64,000 nucleotides of DNA, from the IMG/VR virus record IMGVR_UViG_3300044712_001937, positions 300,703 through 364,702 of that record; one strand, 5' to 3'. This document shows, in pieces, positions 59,601 to 64,000 of this stretch; the first letter of the stretch is position 1, and the number at the start of each line of letters is the position of its first letter. A model generated the notes under the pieces. That model was not told where the DNA came from and made no database searches. It saw nothing but the letters and a program-made list of their open reading frames with translations. The translations under genes were made by a program, and so were the position numbers.

Positions 59601-60283
59601 CCATTAACTTTATCTAAATAAGGAATTGTTGTAGATAAATCTTCATCTTTAATAACTGCAACACCAAAACTTGGTGATACAGCATAATCAGTAGCTGTAT
59701 TAGCTGTATACGAATATGCTTGTCCTCCTGATTTTAAATATGTTCCAACATTAGTATGAAAATCTTCATGTGAAGTATAATCCATTAATTCATGAGTCTC
59801 ACGTATAGCAAATGTTCTACTTGCAGTAGCACCACTATAATATAACGCAGCTATTTGTATATCATAAAAATTCCAAGGACTTTGACTCCATATAATATCA
59901 TTTCCATTAGATGAATATAAATACCAATTACCAATCGTTGCAGTATGCCCAGATGATGTCCAAGGAGAATTTAATGATTTTTTTATTCCTCTCCAATAAT
60001 ACGATAAATCACCTGTTAATGTAACAGTTCTATTACTATAATTATATGAAATATCTATATTTGAGCCATTAACAAAGCCTGTAGGGTTTTTATTATCTAA
60101 ATATACTGATGTTCTATATATTTGACCATTCGAATTAATATCAATTCCTCCAGAAGTACTTCCAGAAACATTGTTAATATTTAATGTACCACATATATTA
60201 GTAGTTCCAGATAAATTTAATATATCATCAATATTTTGAATATATCTATTATTCGATAAATTTCTTTTAGTATTAAATCCCAT
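56606..60283 (-). CDS. Tail-fibre/adhesin-like protein with YadA-head-like N-x-A/G-I-G repeats
   Basis: Array of 14-17-aa NxAIGxxxLxxNxxG repeats, repeated ATNGLSKVG..VVLGG.LTGNT modules and many Cys; late motif (60320-60326). Confidence 0.8.
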   Translation of the reverse strand: MGFNTKRNLSNNRYIQNIDDILNLSGTTNICGTLNINNVSGSTSGGIDINSNGQIYRTSVYLDNKNPTGFVNGSNIDISYNYSNRTVTLTGDLSYYWRGIKKSLNSPWTSSGHTATIGNWYLYSSNGNDIIWSQSPWNFYDIQIAALYYSGATASRTFAIRETHELMDYTSHEDFHTNVGTYLKSGGQAYSYTANTATDYAVSPSFGVAVIKDEDLSTTIPYLDKVNGYTLMHVSGNSSVYTYSAARPFSAPGTNQFIYVNTPTTGAMTVGVNNRYYNVYQLLIPTTSDVNSQRYRMVFIQPQATYTTLATAQAEDTRGLYLGDLSNRSAEFVLYARITYFTANGNTNYGKVTIPTNGITYITGSKMSTISLVGVSSNNHANLTNLNWSDSGHIGTNNSLAGFNSSGIAENICLNNGLSKVGSSVVLGGALTGNTSLTGNYSLNICSGAKLNTTCGYQISGVTFFDAGRNSLSNVRIGQNALINNSTGVNNIAIGLNSLYSNLTGLNNIAIGCSALSANTCNNNIAIGYRSLSKNICGFANISLGTSTMNNNISGRSNVAIGYNTMLNNISGCYNVANGVTTLYRNISGSYNLAYGYCALYCNTSGNTNIGIGNNSGYLNLTGSSNIAIGDKALYRNLVSNNIAIGNCSLSGNTTGRSNIGFGNGALFNNVNGISNIGIGTSVLFCNKYGNNSVAIGMFAGCASTGSTNIFLGSNAGLSETGSGKLYIGTGSTSLIMGDMTTPNECIILPYLKLRCTPSVGSLSDNILTWNSTDCTVKAIAGSTVLNSAITGATNGLSKVGQNVVLGGTLTGNTNIGLNTKNITISGGTNIGILYTPACVKIGTLSDYSSYIEQYAGTTDITQKSSPTRFTQLYITPAEACMNSVCSNNICYNNFIWTCASGVEITADNSIGNKTQLNVGSSTLMICGSAVDFSGIQYCGDYSTNYTDRSLVDKGFVMTLVGGSGITGATNGLNINNNNVVLGGILTNNTNICVDNNCFSVNNWTDATNNVEMCITRNILALTQSSAINALQSSVIVQQSCLNLFHQNVSGNGSDIEKITLDSTGTKICSRSGITISSGNANFKGVQYAANYCASYTDRSLVDKGFVMSLVGGGIACGQCSVVMAGGIACGIYSISMGCCNTVISNNSVIIGGVSNTLCSGNTCSVMLGGNSIVIPSNCYTESVIVPKLVVHCTGTSGGIIMYSPNGTKYRLTVADGGTLSITAI
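56960..57449. repeat. Internal 40-bp perfect direct repeat (56960-56999 = 57410-57449)
   Basis: cattacaaatcccttatcaactaatgaacggtctgtatag occurs twice, 450 bp apart, encoding YTDRSLVDKGFVM. Confidence 0.9.
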
Positions 60284-60372
60284 TTTTTCTAATTAAAAAT
60301 TTAAGTTTATTATTTTAAATAAATACTATTAAACTAATACTTAATTCACAATTAGTAAAAAATAAAATAAAA

Positions 60373-60396
60373 AACCCATCAGTTAACTGATGGGTT
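60373..60396. terminator. Perfect 24-bp palindrome, probably a terminator
   Basis: aacccatcagttaactgatgggtt flanked by A-runs, downstream of the GT9-like gene. Confidence 0.7.
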
Positions 60397-60418
60397 AAAA
60401 AAAATAACAAGATTAAAT

Positions 60419-61330
60419 TTATTTCTGACTATTAACGGCATCTATAATTTTATTAATATCAAATACATTTACAGTATCATATGGAAACTGTTGAATTTGT
60501 CCATCTATTGAGAAATCTTCAAGATAAGAAAATTTAGTCAACTCATTAACATAATTAGCACTTGGTAGTACGTTAATATGTTCAGGATAACCAAATATTT
60601 CAGGTTTATTTCCAATCCAAACAACTGTTGATTGTAAACCTAACGCTGCTGCTGTATGTTGTGCAAAACTATCAATAAATAATCTTTTTGTACTTAATGG
60701 AAATACAGCATATAATTCACGTAATGGTAATGTTAATGGTTCAACATTTTGTAATGTTGGTTGTTCTGGTGATTTTATATGTAAAACACGATATGATTTA
60801 GCAAAATAATTTGCTAATTTTTGTGCAATTTCAATTGGCATATCTCTAAACCATGATTTTTTAGAGTATTGGGTATTAGGAGAGCCACCATGAGTTTGTA
60901 ATAACATAATTGGTCTACCATCAGGTTTTATTTTATCTTTTGCAATTTCAAGTTCTCTTGGGTTAATATATAATTCAGGAGTACAACCATCAAAAGGAAT
61001 ATTATACATATCACACCAAGATTGAGTTAAATGTTTACGTTTTAAAATATGGTCTTCAGTATGATATACTTCTTGTCTAAAAATTATTGTATCTTCTTTA
61101 ATATAATCTGTAAAAAAGTATTGCATCTGATTAAATGTAAAGAATCTAAATACGTTTGGGTTATAAAAGGCAGGAGCATCCCATGATGTAACCCATATTA
61201 TTTTTCTATCCGGATACGCTTTTTTTATTGCTCTAATAACTGCTGTTGCTTGAATTTGCTTACCATGTCCACCTTCTGAGCTAAATATCACGTACTTATC
61301 ATCATCTTTAATTCTTGTATCTTTATTCAT
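60419..61330 (-). CDS. GT9-like (heptosyltransferase-like GT-B) glycosyltransferase
   Basis: EGGHGKQIQATAVIRAIKKAYPDRKI and LFIDSFAQHTAAALG..STVVW; likely start MNKDTRIK at 61330. Confidence 0.75.
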   Translation of the reverse strand: MNKDTRIKDDDKYVIFSSEGGHGKQIQATAVIRAIKKAYPDRKIIWVTSWDAPAFYNPNVFRFFTFNQMQYFFTDYIKEDTIIFRQEVYHTEDHILKRKHLTQSWCDMYNIPFDGCTPELYINPRELEIAKDKIKPDGRPIMLLQTHGGSPNTQYSKKSWFRDMPIEIAQKLANYFAKSYRVLHIKSPEQPTLQNVEPLTLPLRELYAVFPLSTKRLFIDSFAQHTAAALGLQSTVVWIGNKPEIFGYPEHINVLPSANYVNELTKFSYLEDFSIDGQIQQFPYDTVNVFDINKIIDAVNSQK

Positions 61331-61346
61331 ATTTTTAATATTTATA

Positions 61347-62249
61347 TTAATTATTTTTATATTTCCACTTAAATCCACCTGAAGTTTTACATTTACCATT
61401 TAAACATTTATAAATGCTATTTGATTTATATTTATTTAATTCAATTGCTTTATTAATAGAATCATATTCTTCAATCAAATTATCATTAATATCAAATTTA
61501 ACAATAGATTTATATTTTATATTCTTATACTTTTTAATTTCTTTAGGTAATTTATTTTCATAAAACCACATATAACCACCTGCTTGATTATATCCATCTT
61601 TTCTTAAACATTTATTAATTAATTTACATTTAACACCAGTTTTATTTTCAGCATCACCTTGACCATTAAATTTATTTAAAAAAATACCATCTAAAGAATA
61701 TTGTAATATTAATATATTTCTTTTTGCTGCTTTTCTAAACTTAATATTTTCTTTTGATTGTAAATTTGTAAACCAATAACAATTGGCTGAACTTTTATTA
61801 ATTTTCTGATTTAACGCAAGTGAAATTTTAGAAATACTAACATGCACATCTTCACTTGCTTCAGTTAATGAATTGTATTTTTTTTTAAAATCACCATTTT
61901 CATCATAACGATATATTTCAATAGTTTCTCTACCAGATAAACCACCACCATTAGTTAAATTACTTAATTTAATACCCTCATTTTTATATTTTTTAATGTA
62001 ATATATTTCCAATCTTTCATGTTCATACATTTTAAATTTTTCATTATATACATATTCACACTCATCAATAATATTTAAAATTGGTCTTTTATTATTTAAT
62101 AAAATATCATCAATAATCAAATCTTTATTTAAATTATACTTATCACTAATATGTTCATTTAGTCTTTTCTTTGGATTATTAGTATAACCCACATAAAATA
62201 TTTGTTTATTTAATGGATTTATTAAAACGTATATAAATACCTTTTTCAT
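61347..62249 (-). mobile_element. GIY-YIG homing endonuclease with three NUMOD1-like DNA-binding repeats
   Basis: FIYVLINP...FYVGYT..PKKRLNEH...E..YI...N core; repeats I..(Y/F)D/S.(N/D)G/D.......S...A; GGYMW and GGFKWKY; own late motif (62280-62286). Confidence 0.85.
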
Positions 62250-62319
62250 TATTGTATTATAAATTTTTATACTTTTTTATAAATACGGTGATTATCATAA
62301 AAATCTTGAATTACTACAA

Positions 62320-62352
62320 AAAAAATGGGAGTTTTTTAAACCCCCATTTTTT
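62320..62352. terminator. Intrinsic terminator
   Basis: aaaaaatggg...cccatttttt stem downstream of the second fibre gene. Confidence 0.65.
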
Positions 62353-62368
62353 AATTGTTTTATTTTGA

Positions 62369-64000
62369 TTAGTTAATAAATGCTAATGTATACCAAGCAT
62401 TCAATCCTAAATTATAAACTAATTCCATTGCACCATAATCTGTGTTTATTAATGCTGTTGAGAATCCATCAATATTTCTACCATTACCACTAATAGTAAT
62501 ATTATATGTTAAAGCTTGACCACTCACATCTTTAAATTTAAATGCTTCACCTGTTATTGGTGTTGCAGGTAATGTAATTGTCACTGCAGCAGTTGGACTA
62601 TTAATTAACAATACATATGAACTACCTGTATTTAATATAGCATTTGTAGTTACAGCAGATGTTGAATAAAAATTATTTTTATCTCCTAATGCTGCACCTG
62701 ATATTGTTTTAATTAATTTATCTGTAGAATTCCAAACTAATATAGAATCTGATATTGAGCCTACTTGTGGAGTACATCTTAATTTTAAATAAGGTAATAT
62801 TATACATTCATTAGGAGTTGTCATATCACCCATTATAAGTGATGTACTTCCACTACCGATATAAAGCTTACCTGAACCAGTTTCATTATAACCTGCACAA
62901 TTACCAATTGCAATATTAGTACTACCTGTAGAATTATATAACGACCTATAACCAACACCAATATTATTATCTAATTTACTATTACTTAATGCACCCATAC
63001 CAACAGCAATATTTCTATTACCTATACAATTAAATTGTAATGAAAATTGACCTACTGCAACATTACCCATTCCACTAATATTTGCTGAAAGTGCACCATT
63101 TCCTATTGCAGCATTTTGATATCCAATAGTATTTGAACACATTGTTTGATAACCTATTGCAGTATTTCTACAACCCGTTGTATTTCTTAAAAGAGTTTGA
63201 AATCCAACACTCACATTATTACAACCAGTAGTATTACCACTTAATGAACAATTACCGATAGCTATATTATTACTAACTAAATTACTATATAATGCTTTAT
63301 CACCAATTGCAATATTTGATGAACCTGTTAAATTTAAATATCCTGAATTATTACCGATTCCAATATTTGTGTTTCCTGAAGTATTACATCTTAACGAACA
63401 AATCCCAATAGCTATATTATTATTACCAGATAAATTACATTGTAGTGAATATGTACCAACACCTACATTATAATTTCCAGATACATTTTGACACATTGAT
63501 AAATAACCAACACCAGTATTAAAACATCCATTAACATTATTTTTTAATACTGATGTACCTATTGCAACATTAGCTAATCCAACAGAATTTGAATATAACG
63601 TACAACCACCTAAACCAACATTATTATTTCCAGATACATTGTTACTTAATGAACATATTCCTAAACCAACATTATTATTTCCAGATACATTGTTACTTAA
63701 TGAACATATTCCTATTCCAATATTTTTACAACCTGTTGTATTTCCACTTAATGAATATTGACCAATCGCAATATTACAAAGTCCAGTACTATTATTAATT
63801 AAAGCATTTTGACCTATTCTAACATTACTTAAACTATTTCTTGTTGCATCAAAAAATGTTACTCCTGAAATCTGATATCCACAAGTTGTATTTAATTTAG
63901 CACCACTACAAATATTTAAACTGTAATTTCCAGTTAAACTCGTATTTCCTGTTAATGCTCCACCCAATACAACACTACTACCAACTTTACTTAAACCATT
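62369..64000 (-). CDS. Second tail-fibre/adhesin-like paralog (start lies beyond the window end)
   Basis: The frame is open to position 64000 (NGLSKVGSSVVLGG...). It has 17-aa NxAIG repeats and a C-terminal TITLPA...GEAFKFKD...ITI.GNG..IDG.......YG.MELVY T4-like fibre module. Confidence 0.82.
   Translation of the reverse strand, partial: NGLSKVGSSVVLGGALTGNTSLTGNYSLNICSGAKLNTTCGYQISGVTFFDATRNSLSNVRIGQNALINNSTGLCNIAIGQYSLSGNTTGCKNIGIGICSLSNNVSGNNNVGLGICSLSNNVSGNNNVGLGGCTLYSNSVGLANVAIGTSVLKNNVNGCFNTGVGYLSMCQNVSGNYNVGVGTYSLQCNLSGNNNIAIGICSLRCNTSGNTNIGIGNNSGYLNLTGSSNIAIGDKALYSNLVSNNIAIGNCSLSGNTTGCNNVSVGFQTLLRNTTGCRNTAIGYQTMCSNTIGYQNAAIGNGALSANISGMGNVAVGQFSLQFNCIGNRNIAVGMGALSNSKLDNNIGVGYRSLYNSTGSTNIAIGNCAGYNETGSGKLYIGSGSTSLIMGDMTTPNECIILPYLKLRCTPQVGSISDSILVWNSTDKLIKTISGAALGDKNNFYSTSAVTTNAILNTGSSYVLLINSPTAAVTITLPATPITGEAFKFKDVSGQALTYNITISGNGRNIDGFSTALINTDYGAMELVYNLGLNAWYTLAFIN
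63609..63710. repeat. Perfect tandem duplication of a 51-bp (17-aa) unit
   Basis: ICSLSNNVSGNNNVGLG is encoded twice with identical DNA. Confidence 0.9.

Larger units (their letters stand above)
2847..62286 (-). promoter_or_regulatory. Dispersed phage late-promoter-like motif GTATTTAT(A), about 20 intergenic copies
   Basis: Plus-strand TAAATAC at 2847, 4256, 4900, 11219, 14797, 17774, 18554, 23266, 30006, 33919, 38610, 43150, 43895, 45257, 46679, 53425, 55217, 60320 and 62280, each shortly upstream of a minus-strand start; one plus-strand copy at 53454. Confidence 0.75.
58035..64000. repeat. Three near-identical blocks shared by the two fibre genes
   Basis: 58825-59038 vs 63787-64000 (214 bp, 4 mismatches, last 155 bp identical); 58383-58462 = 63291-63370 (80 bp); 58035-58094 = 62793-62852 (60 bp). 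All compared by eye. Confidence 0.9.

Noticed and set aside
62231-62240. GTATTTATA copy inside the start of the GIY-YIG gene
   Set aside because: It lies in coding sequence (KVFIY) and is explained by codon usage, so it was not counted as a promoter.
5061-63798. Other short track ORFs nested in or antisense to larger genes (e.g. 5061-5294, 9041-9325, 10584-11039, 12141-12326, 19805-19996, 20359-20571, 23615-23827, 23939-24160, 25641-25925, 30276-30461, 31109-31330, 34605-35039, 35580-35762, 40095-40627, 43864-44067, 50487-50714, 54047-54268, 57231-58496, 63589-63798)
   Set aside because: They overlap well-supported genes almost entirely, have no recognisable motifs and show shadow-frame composition.
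1-64000. Stop-codon reassignment (Lak or crAss-like TAG/TGA recoding)
   Set aside because: Long enzymes (PolB, SbcC, helicase, fibres) are intact in code 11, TGA is used as a real coupled stop (ATGA at 5517), and reading through the SbcD TGA meets TAG and TAA within about 15 codons.
58035-64000. Diversity-generating retroelement (TR/VR pair) in the fibre genes
   Set aside because: No reverse transcriptase is present in the window, both copies are in coding frames, and the few mismatches are not adenine-specific.
1-64000. tRNA genes and CRISPR arrays
   Set aside because: Intergenic gaps are short and AT-rich, with no cloverleaf/T-loop (GTTCGA) in a non-coding context and no regularly spaced repeat-spacer array. 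All tandem repeats are coding.

Overview
The window is 64 kb of very AT-rich DNA from a large, T4-like (myovirus-type) dsDNA phage, read in standard code 11 with almost all genes on the minus strand. A Bacteroidota host is likely: TAnnTTTG promoters lie upstream of several replication genes and leaders are A-rich with no evident Shine-Dalgarno sequences. Replication and recombination genes include family-B DNA polymerase, primase-like protein, HARP-SNF2 helicase, RuvC-like resolvase, dCMP deaminase and a QueC-like protein, plus an Mre11/Rad50 (SbcD/SbcC) gene split by a homing endonuclease. Other non-structural genes include an ECF sigma factor, Hsp20, and WYL, Nudix and ParB-like proteins. 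There is a baseplate and tail-fibre module with Cys-rich and poly-Thr proteins interleaved with four glycosyltransferases and a radical SAM enzyme, and five GIY-YIG or PD-(D/E)xK mobile-type endonucleases. About 20 intergenic copies of a GTATTTAT motif mark a probable phage late promoter. The strongest candidate for an undescribed system is a tRNA 3'-end repair cluster at 38.6-43.1 kb. It combines an HD-less CCA-adding enzyme fused to an ART-PolyVal-like domain, a 2H phosphoesterase and a Swiss-Army-Knife-type HAD phosphatase, and may be packaged into the virion. The other main candidates are a phage-encoded virion glycosylation system and a split Mre11-Rad50 gene with T4-like hairpin and late-promoter control of the inserted endonuclease. 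All family calls come from motif recognition by eye; no database searches were run.
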